A DNA stretch of 59,695 bases. Source: a bacterium. Lineage in GTDB: Bacteria > UBA6262 > WVXT01. Both the position numbers and the translations under genes were made by a program. Every line of letters begins with the position of its first letter. The stretch's first letter is position 1. Below are positions 37,902-46,071 of the stretch, one piece after another. The DNA lies in NCBI GenBank assembly GCA_035530055.1, contig DATKVN010000095.1, forward strand, positions 1-59,695, in the 5' to 3' direction. The notes under the pieces were generated by a model, which did not search any database, was not told the origin of the DNA, and saw only the letters and a list, made by a program, of their open reading frames with translations.

Positions 37902-38672
37902 ATGCCCCATTTTTTTGTATCACCAAAAGATATAAAAGGTAACGAAATTCTGATTACCGGCAATGAAGCAAAGCATATTATAACTGTTCTCAGGAAGAGG
38001 GAAGGGGATAAGATAGATATATTTGATGGGTATGGGAATGAGTTCAGAGTGAGGATTTTGGAGATAGATAGATATGCAGGGCTTCCCAGAGTAAAAGCAG
38101 AGATAATTACCCAAAAAAGAAAGGAAACAGAGCCAAAACTCAAGATAATGCTCTTCCAGGCGATTCCTAAAGGGAATAGGCTCGACTTCATTATTCAGAA
38201 GTCTACGGAGATAGGTATTTCAGAAATAGTGCCCATAACTACTGAAAGAACGATAGTAAGACTCGATTGTAAGAGGATTAAACAAAGAGCTCTTCGCTGG
38301 CAGAAGATTGCCCAGGAAGCGGCAAAACAATCGAGGAGAAGCGCCATACCCAAAGTGGGTCCTGTTTTAGATTTCTCCCAGGCATTGAAGGAATTTTCAG
38401 CGAAAAAGCCCCGGATGGGCATAATCGCCTGGGAAATGGAAGAGAAAAACCACTTAAGAAAGGTGCTGAGAAGTAGTGTAGGGGGTGGAATTTCCCGGTT
38501 GCCTCTGGCTATATTTATTGGTCCTGAAGGTGGGTTTACTCCAGAAGAGGTGGATGAGGCAAGGAGAGCGGGAGTGGTCCCGGTCAGTTTGGGGTCCAGG
38601 ATACTACGCAGCGAAACTGCGGGACTGGTTGTTGCCATAGTAGCCCTTTACGAATCACGAGACCTTGGCTGA
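37902..38672 (+). CDS. rsmE: 16S rRNA (uracil1498-N3)-methyltransferase RsmE
   Basis: MPHFFVSPKDI...ITGNEAKHIITVLR PUA-like N-terminus. C-terminal SPOUT motifs (IGPEGGFTPEEV, LGSRILRSETA). Confidence 0.85.
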   Translation: MPHFFVSPKDIKGNEILITGNEAKHIITVLRKREGDKIDIFDGYGNEFRVRILEIDRYAGLPRVKAEIITQKRKETEPKLKIMLFQAIPKGNRLDFIIQKSTEIGISEIVPITTERTIVRLDCKRIKQRALRWQKIAQEAAKQSRRSAIPKVGPVLDFSQALKEFSAKKPRMGIIAWEMEEKNHLRKVLRSSVGGGISRLPLAIFIGPEGGFTPEEVDEARRAGVVPVSLGSRILRSETAGLVVAIVALYESRDLG

Positions 38673-38830
38673 TTGAGTGACTCTTATCAGGGGAGGGGGA
38701 AGAACAGTAAACTTAAAGCATTTTCTTAAGTTTTATATGATATGAAAAGCATAAATATTCATTAAGATTTTGACAAATTTTTAAAGTAATTTATGAACTT
38801 TAATTATGGTATTTGGGAGTCCAGAATTTT

Positions 38831-38883
38831 GGAGTAGCGAAACTTGTTTCGCGTTAATAACGCAGAGCAAGCTCTGCTGCTCC
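38831..38883 (+). repeat. GGAGTAG Y-element
   Basis: GGAGTAG CGAAA-CTTG-TTTCG CGTTAATAAC GCAGAG-CAAG-CTCTGC TGCTCC. 51/53 identical to 57501-57553. The outer stem has a T.G pair (G.U-compatible on the + strand). Confidence 0.9.
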
Positions 38884-38891
38884 AGTCTTTT

Positions 38892-38949
38892 GGAGTCCTC
38901 CCGAAAGGGAGGTTTTGGTAGAAGGGAACCTTGCTTTCGCAAGGACTCC
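38892..38949. repeat. GGAGTCC...GGACTCC element
   Basis: GGAGTCC-TCCC-GAAA-GGGA-GG (16 nt) CCTTGC-TTTC-GCAAGG-ACTCC. Confidence 0.85.
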
Positions 38950-38993
38950 AGGTATTTCGAATTTAGTTATTAGTGTTTTGAAAGGAGAAAAGA

Positions 38994-39953
38994 ATGGTTA
39001 AACTTCAAAAGGAGCCTAAATTGAATAGTCCTTATCTGGTTGCAGCATGGCCGGGCATGGGGAATGTGGCATTAAAAGCAGCCACTTATTTAAGGGAGAA
39101 ATTGAGGGCAGAAGAATTCGGAGAGATTGAAGCTGACGGATTCTTCCACCCCGTGAATGCTTCTATCCAGGGTAATATCATAGAAACACCGAAATTTCCC
39201 AAAAGCAAGTTCTACTACTGGAAAGACAGTAAGTCTCTGCATGACTTGGTGATATTTTTGGGCGAAGCTCAACCTTCCCAGGAAAAAGAGTATGAATTTG
39301 CTTGTGAAATTTTAGATTTGGCAGGAAAGTTTGGGGTGGAAAGAGTATATACTTTTGCAGCCATGCCTTCTGTTATGGAACATACCAACGAGCCCAAAGT
39401 TTGGGGAGTGGTAACTCATCCTTCCCTGGCAAAGGATTTAATAGATTACGGGGTCTCTTTGATGAACGAGGGGCAAATCAGCGGGATGAATGGGTTATTA
39501 TTAGCAGTGGCCAAGGAGAAAGGATTTCAAGGCATCTGCTTGTTAGGTGAACTCCCCTATTATACTATCCAGATAGAGAATCCTAAATCCTCTAAGGCAG
39601 TTTTGGAAATCCTGTGTAAAATGCTAGGAATGGAAGTAGACACCTCAGAGCTCGATTACCAGGCAAAGCAAATAGAGGGAGGGATTGAAAAATTTGTCGA
39701 TTACTTTAAACTCCAGGGAATGCATGAGCTAAAAAAACCAATAAGTGACGAGGAAATTGAGAAAATAAAAGAGGGCCTTAACGCCCACACCAGGATTCCA
39801 GATTCTGCTAAAGAGAAGATTCAAAAACTCTTCCAGGAAGCAAAAAAAGACATCTCCAAGGCAAGAGAATTAAAAGCAGAACTGGACAGATGGGATATAT
39901 ATAGGCAGTATGAAGATAAGTTCCTTGACCTGTTCAAGAAAGGTCACCATTAA
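38994..39953 (+). CDS. PAC2 (proteasome assembly chaperone 2-like) family protein
   Basis: LNSPYLVAAWPGMGNVALKAATYL N-terminus is typical of bacterial PAC2-family proteins. C-terminal charged coiled-coil extension. Confidence 0.6.
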   Translation: MVKLQKEPKLNSPYLVAAWPGMGNVALKAATYLREKLRAEEFGEIEADGFFHPVNASIQGNIIETPKFPKSKFYYWKDSKSLHDLVIFLGEAQPSQEKEYEFACEILDLAGKFGVERVYTFAAMPSVMEHTNEPKVWGVVTHPSLAKDLIDYGVSLMNEGQISGMNGLLLAVAKEKGFQGICLLGELPYYTIQIENPKSSKAVLEILCKMLGMEVDTSELDYQAKQIEGGIEKFVDYFKLQGMHELKKPISDEEIEKIKEGLNAHTRIPDSAKEKIQKLFQEAKKDISKARELKAELDRWDIYRQYEDKFLDLFKKGHH

Positions 39954-39982
39954 AAAGTGACAGGCACTTTTTCGGTTCGGGA

Positions 39983-40070
39983 GTAAATTTTACGGGGACA
40001 AGCCTTTGGGCGACCATAAAGGTCGCCCCTACGCGACCAAAATCATTACGGGCATAAAGCCCTACACTAC
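39983..40070 (-). repeat. 5'-truncated, inverted copy of the long GTAGTGTAG element at 52344-52452
   Basis: 88 nt align to the reverse complement of 52344-52431 with 2 mismatches. Contains GGGCGACC-ATAAA-GGTCGCCC+CTACGCG and ends ...GGGCATAAAGCCCTACACTAC. The left arm is absent. Confidence 0.9.
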
Positions 40071-40099
40071 GAAGACCATTACTGTCTGAGTAGGTAAAT

Positions 40100-41383
40100 A
40101 TGAGACAAAAGAGTATTGCTACATATACTGTGGGATGTAAAGTTAACCAGTATGAGACAGCCCTTATTGAAGAAGAGTTAGCAGAGAGAGGGTTTAGGAT
40201 AGTCCCCTTTTCTCAGACTGCCGATTATTATCTGATTAACACTTGCACCGTTACCCTGAGGACTGACCAGAAGTGCCGTGAGTATATCCGTTCTGCTCTC
40301 AAGAGAAACCGCAGGGCAAAAATAGTGGTTACAGGATGTTATGCCCAGAGGAGCTCCCAGGAGTTAAAAAGAATTTCTCCTCAATGTCAGGTCTTTGATA
40401 ACTACCAGAAGAGGCATATTGCAGAATGTTTAGCAAAAGAAGCTTTTGCAATAGAAAAGACCAGAGAATCTCCCAAAAAGCTTAAATTGATAAGCAAGTT
40501 TCCTCACCACACTCGCGCCTTTGTAAAAATTCAGGATGGCTGCAGGTCTTTCTGTTCCTACTGCATCATTCCCTATGTGAGAAAGGAGGTTTCCTCCAGA
40601 CCCATTAGTGAGGTGTTAAACGAAGTTAACAGGCTCTTGGATTCCGGGTATAAAGAGATTGTCCTTTGCGGCATCAATTTGGGGAGTTATCACCAGCTCA
40701 TTCCTCTTCTGGAGAAGCTCAACTGTTTACCGGGGCTAGAGAGAATAAGAATTAGTTCAATTGAGCCTTTGCATATTAATGAAGAATTCATCGGAGCAAT
40801 GAAGTCTCTTTCCAAAATATGCCACCATCTCCATATTCCCCTGCAGAGTGGCGATGACCATATGTTGAAGCTGATGAATCGGAAATACACGACTCAGGAT
40901 TATCAAAAGATTATGGAAATGGTGCGCAAAAGTATCCCTGATGTGGGGATTTCTACTGATTTGATTGTGGGATTTCCTGGTGAAACAGAACGAAGATTTT
41001 ACAATACTTATGATTTTGTGAACAAGATGAGTTTCTCTAAGATGCACATATTCAGGTTCTCTCCCAGGCCGGGCACTCTGGCCAGTAGATTACCCGGGAA
41101 AGTCTCTGCTTCTGAAATGAGATGGCGCAGCAGGATACTCGATAATTTAGAAAAAGAACTAAGAGAAAAATTTTACCGGGAATATTTGAACAAGGAACTA
41201 GTGATTCTCTTTGAACGAAAAGTGCAGGGAAAAAGGGAGAACGGAAGAGCCTTCCATTCCGGTTTCTCAGGTAACTACATTAGAGTCCTCGCCCCGGTAA
41301 GCGAGGCTGAGTTGAATAGGTTGATTTCTGTGAGGATTAACGATGTAAACTGTGAATTTGCCATAGGAGAGATTCTACATTGA
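40100..41383 (+). CDS. mtaB: MiaB-like radical SAM methylthiotransferase, probably MtaB (tRNA ms2t6A37)
   Basis: MTTase N-domain (TYTVGCKVNQYE). Radical SAM motif GCRSFCSYC. C-terminal TRAM-like domain. Confidence 0.7.
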   Translation: MRQKSIATYTVGCKVNQYETALIEEELAERGFRIVPFSQTADYYLINTCTVTLRTDQKCREYIRSALKRNRRAKIVVTGCYAQRSSQELKRISPQCQVFDNYQKRHIAECLAKEAFAIEKTRESPKKLKLISKFPHHTRAFVKIQDGCRSFCSYCIIPYVRKEVSSRPISEVLNEVNRLLDSGYKEIVLCGINLGSYHQLIPLLEKLNCLPGLERIRISSIEPLHINEEFIGAMKSLSKICHHLHIPLQSGDDHMLKLMNRKYTTQDYQKIMEMVRKSIPDVGISTDLIVGFPGETERRFYNTYDFVNKMSFSKMHIFRFSPRPGTLASRLPGKVSASEMRWRSRILDNLEKELREKFYREYLNKELVILFERKVQGKRENGRAFHSGFSGNYIRVLAPVSEAELNRLISVRINDVNCEFAIGEILH

Positions 41384-43218
41384 GGGAAGACATAAGGAAC
41401 TTTTCCATTATTGCCCATATAGACCATGGGAAGTCTACTCTTGCCGACAGGATTTTAGAGTTTACCAAGGCGGTAAGTGCCAGGGAGATGAGAGACCAGG
41501 TTCTGGACGATATGGACCTGGAGAGGGAGAAAGGAATTACCATAAAGGCAAAAGCAATCAGACTCGACTATGTTGCCAGTGATGGTAAGAAATATATTCT
41601 GAATCTAATTGATACCCCGGGACATGTCGATTTCACCTATGAAGTGGCACGGAGTCTTGTTGCCTGTGAAGGGACTCTTCTGGTTGTTGATGCTTGCCAG
41701 GGAGTTGAGGCCCAGACCCTGGCAAATGCCCATCTGGCTAAGGAAAATAATCTAAAGATTATTCCGGTGATAAATAAAATCGATTTACCAAATGCAGATA
41801 TATTAAGTGTGAAACGTCAAATTATGAAGATTATGAATGTTGATGAGGGGGATATTCTTCAGACAAGTGCTAAGTTGGGAAAAGGGATAAAAGAGGTGCT
41901 GGAAGCGATTGTTCACCAGATTCCTCCTCCTCGTGGCTCTCCTGATGGACCACTTTCTGCACTGGTCTTCGACTCGGTCTTCGATCCTTACCGGGGAGCA
42001 GTTATATATGTAAGAGTATTCGATGGTACCCTACGCCAGGGAATGAAAATAGAGATGATGTCTACAGGAAAAGTTTTTGAAGTTAATGAACTGGGCGTGT
42101 TCCATCTAAAGATGGTATCTGCTCCCAGCCTTGAGGCTGGCGAAGTAGGGTATCTGGTTGCTGGTATAAAAGATATACATAGTGTGAAAATTGGAGATAC
42201 AATTACCGACCCTTCGAGGCCAAAAGCAGAGCCTTATGGCAGGTTAAGGGAGGTAAAGCCTTTTGTCTTTTGTGGGCTCTACCCTGTGGATAGTGGAGAT
42301 TACGAACATTTGAAGAAAGCTCTGGAAAGGCTCGGGCTAAACGATGCCTCATTTGAGTACCAGGCGGAGGATTCAGTGCTTGGCTATGGCTTTCGCTGTG
42401 GATTCTTGGGACTTCTGCACATGGATATAATCAGGGAGCGCCTGGAGAGAGAATATGACCTGGATCTGGTTATCACTGCTCCCAATGTGGTTTACCGAAT
42501 AAAGAAAGTTAAGGGAGGAAAGAAAAAGAAAAAGGCTTCCCCGGAGGAAGAAGAGGAAACAGTTTATATAAATAACCCAGCCAACCTTCCGCCAGAAAAT
42601 GAGATTGCCGAGATCGCCGAACCTTTCGTCAGGGTGACCATTATTCTGCCCGGTGAGTTTCTGGGAGGAGTAATGAAACTTATGGAGAAAAGAAGGGCAA
42701 AGTTTATTTCTATGAAATATATAAATCCTCAAAGAGTAATTTTGACTTACGAATTGCCCCTTGCGGAAATGATAGCCGGTTTCTATGACCGGTTGAAGTC
42801 GGTCAGCCGTGGATTTGCCTCTCTCGATTATCAGCATATCGGTTATAAGGCAGGAGATCTGGCAAAATTGGTAATACTGATAAATTACCAACCGGTGGAG
42901 GCCCTTTCTGTAATTCTTCCCCGGGAAAAGGCATTTTATCGAGCACAGAAAATTGCTAAGGAGTTAAAGGAAGTAATTCCCAGACAGCAGATTCCTGTGC
43001 CCATTCAAGCCAAAATCGAAAATAAAATCATTGCTCGGGAAACAATTAGAGCTTTCCGCAAGGATGTAATTGCCAAGTTATACGGCGGAGATATTACCAG
43101 AAAGAGGAAACTTCTGGAAAAACAGAAGGAAGGCAAGAAAAAAATGAAAAGATTAGGAAAAGTAGACATTCCCCAGGAGGCCTTTCTAACTTTCTTAAAA
43201 TTTAATGAGGAGGAGTAA
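41380..43218 (+). CDS. lepA: Translation elongation factor 4 (LepA)
   Basis: IRNFSIIAHIDHGKSTLADR, DTPGHVDF and NKID GTPase motifs, plus the LepA C-terminal domain. TTG start overlaps the mtaB stop. K/E-rich insertion encoded at 42514-42558. Confidence 0.95.
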   Translation: MREDIRNFSIIAHIDHGKSTLADRILEFTKAVSAREMRDQVLDDMDLEREKGITIKAKAIRLDYVASDGKKYILNLIDTPGHVDFTYEVARSLVACEGTLLVVDACQGVEAQTLANAHLAKENNLKIIPVINKIDLPNADILSVKRQIMKIMNVDEGDILQTSAKLGKGIKEVLEAIVHQIPPPRGSPDGPLSALVFDSVFDPYRGAVIYVRVFDGTLRQGMKIEMMSTGKVFEVNELGVFHLKMVSAPSLEAGEVGYLVAGIKDIHSVKIGDTITDPSRPKAEPYGRLREVKPFVFCGLYPVDSGDYEHLKKALERLGLNDASFEYQAEDSVLGYGFRCGFLGLLHMDIIRERLEREYDLDLVITAPNVVYRIKKVKGGKKKKKASPEEEEETVYINNPANLPPENEIAEIAEPFVRVTIILPGEFLGGVMKLMEKRRAKFISMKYINPQRVILTYELPLAEMIAGFYDRLKSVSRGFASLDYQHIGYKAGDLAKLVILINYQPVEALSVILPREKAFYRAQKIAKELKEVIPRQQIPVPIQAKIENKIIARETIRAFRKDVIAKLYGGDITRKRKLLEKQKEGKKKMKRLGKVDIPQEAFLTFLKFNEEE

Positions 43219-43222
43219 GGAA

Positions 43223-43993
43223 ATGGTGTCCATTTTGTATTATCTAAGTACTGGTATAACAATTGTAGTTATACTTTTTATCTTCTTTAAGTTACCGGAA
43301 ATGCAGACCGAGCTCAAAATGTTAATCGTTGCCGGAATTTTGGGTGTGGAGACTTTATTGCTTAGGTGGATTACCAAAAGGGCAAAGGAGAAGTTCCTAA
43401 ATAAAGTTAACATGACCAAAGAGTGGGTGAACACCGGGCTTGTAGCAGTGGTATTAGCATGGGTAATAATGTCTTTTATTATTCAGGCATTTAAGATACC
43501 CTCTGGTTCTATGATGGATACACTTAAGATTGGAGACCACATTTTTGTAGCAAAATTTATTTACGGAGTCCATATTCCTTTCAGTAAGAAATACATCTTT
43601 CCCCTTCAGGAGCCCAAGCGAAAAGAAATAGTCGTATTTCAGTTTCCCCTTGACCCCAAGAAGGATTTCATTAAGCGATGTATCGGAGTCCCTGGCGATA
43701 CAATTGAGATAAAAGATAAGAAAGTCTATGTTAATGGTGAACTACAGGAGGAAGAATACGCTATTTATACAGATGAAAAGGTTTATCCCAACTCTAGGCA
43801 GATGCCTCTTATGTATAGGAACCGTGACAATCTTGGCCCCCTTGTTGTTCCGGAAGATTTCTACTTTGTGATGGGTGACAACCGCGACCACAGTTATGAT
43901 AGCCGTTTTTGGGGTCCCTTAGAGAGAGGGAGGATTAAAGGAAAAACGCTTTTCTTATACTGGCCACCAAAGAGGGTAAGGGTAATCAGATAA
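43223..43993 (+). CDS. lepB: Signal peptidase I (LepB)
   Basis: IPSGSMMDTL (catalytic Ser), KRCIGVPGD (Lys box), GDNRDHSYDSRFWG. ATG 43223 preferred; ATG 43205 is an alternative start. Confidence 0.9.
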   Translation: MVSILYYLSTGITIVVILFIFFKLPEMQTELKMLIVAGILGVETLLLRWITKRAKEKFLNKVNMTKEWVNTGLVAVVLAWVIMSFIIQAFKIPSGSMMDTLKIGDHIFVAKFIYGVHIPFSKKYIFPLQEPKRKEIVVFQFPLDPKKDFIKRCIGVPGDTIEIKDKKVYVNGELQEEEYAIYTDEKVYPNSRQMPLMYRNRDNLGPLVVPEDFYFVMGDNRDHSYDSRFWGPLERGRIKGKTLFLYWPPKRVRVIR

Positions 43994-43997
43994 AAAA

Positions 43998-44050
43998 ATG
44001 GGGTCAGTTCTATTTTTGAAAAATGTGAAAAATAGAGCTGACCCCATTTT
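43998..44050 (+). terminator. Intrinsic terminator (20-bp stem plus T-run)
   Basis: ATGGGGTCAGTTCTATTTTT (43998-44017), 10-nt loop, AAAAATAGAGCTGACCCCAT (44028-44047) with one T.G pair, then TTTT. Confidence 0.7.
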
Positions 44051-44077
44051 CAGGCCGAGGGAAAGGGCGGGGAAAGA

Positions 44078-44788
44078 ATGAAAAAAAGTAGCCTGTCCCC
44101 TTTTAAAATGAGTCTAATAGGGCATATGGAAGAACTGAGAAGAAGACTCATTATTTGCATCCTTACAGTTCTAGGGTGTTCAATCTTTAGTTACCTCTAT
44201 TCTGATAAGATTCTCACCTTTTTGAAAAGGCCTTTCCCCCATCCCTTAGTGTTTATAGCACCGCAAGAACCGTTTATCATAACCTTGAAAGTTGCCATAT
44301 TTGGTGGGATTATATTTGCTTTGCCGATGATAACTTATCAGGTCTGGCAATTTGTTTCCTCAGGTTTAAAAAAGAAAGAAAAGAGGTATTTACTCTTCTA
44401 CAGTCCATTTTCGCTACTTCTATTCCTGAGTGGGGCAAGCTTTGCTTACTTTCTGGTCATTCCAGTAGGTTTAAGATTTTTGCTCAGTTTCGGTGGTAGT
44501 TTTTTGCAGCCCATGATTTCCATAAGCAAATACTTATCTTTCATTACTCTAATGATTTTTGCCTTTGGTATCGTCTTTGAGTTACCACTGGTGTTTCTGT
44601 TTCTGACCAGGATGGGCATAGTAACCCCCCAGTTTTTAGCAAAGAAAAGGAAGGTGTTCATTATAGCCATTTTTGTTTTAGCTGCCATTCTTACTCCACC
44701 CGATGTTTTCACTCAAATTCTCCTGGCAGTGCCTCTTTTGATTCTTTATGAAGTGAGCATCTGGCTTACAAAGATAGTCGCTCACTAG
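44078..44788 (+). CDS. tatC: Twin-arginine translocase subunit TatC
   Basis: MSLIGHMEELRRRLI N-terminus and six TM helices of typical TatC length. Confidence 0.9.
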   Translation: MKKSSLSPFKMSLIGHMEELRRRLIICILTVLGCSIFSYLYSDKILTFLKRPFPHPLVFIAPQEPFIITLKVAIFGGIIFALPMITYQVWQFVSSGLKKKEKRYLLFYSPFSLLLFLSGASFAYFLVIPVGLRFLLSFGGSFLQPMISISKYLSFITLMIFAFGIVFELPLVFLFLTRMGIVTPQFLAKKRKVFIIAIFVLAAILTPPDVFTQILLAVPLLILYEVSIWLTKIVAH

Positions 44789-44841
44789 AGAGACGAAGGA
44801 AAAGTTTATATAAAAACCATAATTATAGGGGTATTTTAAGG

Positions 44842-46065
44842 ATGAAAGGGGATTTTTATAGAAGGAAATTATCCAGGAGAGAATTTTTTAAAATGTGTGC
44901 TTTTAGCGGCGTTGCTCTGGCGTCGGTTCCTTTGCTCGTTGATATTTTGAAAGCTGCTGCCTCCAGGCCAAAAAGTGGCGAGAAAGGTTTTATTTCCCAG
45001 AGAGAGGCGATGTTTTACAAAAAGCTGGATGAAACGACAATTCAGTGTCAGCTTTGCCCCAGGAGGTGCACACTTTCAGAGGGAATGAGAGGATTCTGTC
45101 GTTCCAGGGAGCCACATGAAGGTAAGCATTATTCAATGGTATATGGTAATCCCTGTGCCATTCACGTTGACCCCATTGAGAAGAAACCTCTTTTCCACTT
45201 TTTGCCTCAAACAGCTGCCTTCTCCATTGCCACGGCTGGCTGTAATTTGCGGTGTAAATTCTGCCAGAATTGGCAGATTTCACAGTTCCCTCCCGAGGAT
45301 ACAGTAAATTATGAATTGCCTCCGGAAGGAGTAGTCGATTTGGCTATCAAATATGACTGTCCTACAATAGCTTATACGTATTCGGAACCTTCTATATTCT
45401 ATGAATATATGTACGATACGGCTGTAATTGCCAGGGAGAGGGGAGTGAAGAACATCTATCACTCCAATGGATATCTCAACCCTGAACCTTTAAAGGAAAT
45501 TTGCAAATATCTTGATGGAGCAAACGTAGACCTGAAAGGGTTTACTCAGAAATTTTATGGAGAACTTTGTGGAGCAACTCTTAAGCCTGTTTTGAATACC
45601 CTGGAAACGCTAAAAGAAGAAGGAGTGCATGTTGAGATTACTAACCTCATTGTCCCACCTTATAATGATGGTATGGAAAAGATAAAAGAGATGTGCTTGT
45701 GGATACGCGATAATTTAGGGAAGGAAGTGCCTCTCCATTTTTCCAGGTTCCATCCACTCTATAAATTAAAGAATCTCTCACCAACTCCTGTAAGCACATT
45801 GGAGAAAGCGAGAAAAGTGGCCCTGAAAGTGGGCTTGGAGTATGTATATATAGGAAATGTGCCTGGCCATCCTGGTGAGAATACCTATTGTCCCCAAGAT
45901 GGAAAACTCCTTATCCACAGAAAGGGTTATCAAATCCTGGAGAATAATGTTGTTGGAGGAAAATGTAAATTTTGTGGCCAGCCAGTTCCAGGTGTATGGC
46001 CTGAAGAAAAGGTCAGGAAAAAGACAGAACTTCCCTCACTAAAAGTATCGAAATATTTAGGATAG
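44842..46065 (+). CDS. AmmeMemoRadiSam-type radical SAM enzyme with an N-terminal twin-arginine (Tat) signal
   Basis: SRREFFK plus a hydrophobic stretch and AAAS. CQLCPRRCTLSEGMRGFC motif. Radical SAM motif CNLRCKFC. C-terminal CPQDG...CKFCG ribbon, as in the TIGR04337 family as I remember it. Confidence 0.75.
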   Translation: MKGDFYRRKLSRREFFKMCAFSGVALASVPLLVDILKAAASRPKSGEKGFISQREAMFYKKLDETTIQCQLCPRRCTLSEGMRGFCRSREPHEGKHYSMVYGNPCAIHVDPIEKKPLFHFLPQTAAFSIATAGCNLRCKFCQNWQISQFPPEDTVNYELPPEGVVDLAIKYDCPTIAYTYSEPSIFYEYMYDTAVIARERGVKNIYHSNGYLNPEPLKEICKYLDGANVDLKGFTQKFYGELCGATLKPVLNTLETLKEEGVHVEITNLIVPPYNDGMEKIKEMCLWIRDNLGKEVPLHFSRFHPLYKLKNLSPTPVSTLEKARKVALKVGLEYVYIGNVPGHPGENTYCPQDGKLLIHRKGYQILENNVVGGKCKFCGQPVPGVWPEEKVRKKTELPSLKVSKYLG

Positions 46066-46071
46066 GGAGAA

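Noticed and set aside
38760-38815. Promoter for the PAC2 gene at the TTGACA at 38770-38775
   Set aside because: No convincing -10 lies at the proper spacing (ATGAAC/TGAACT). The region is generally AT-rich, so chance matches are expected.
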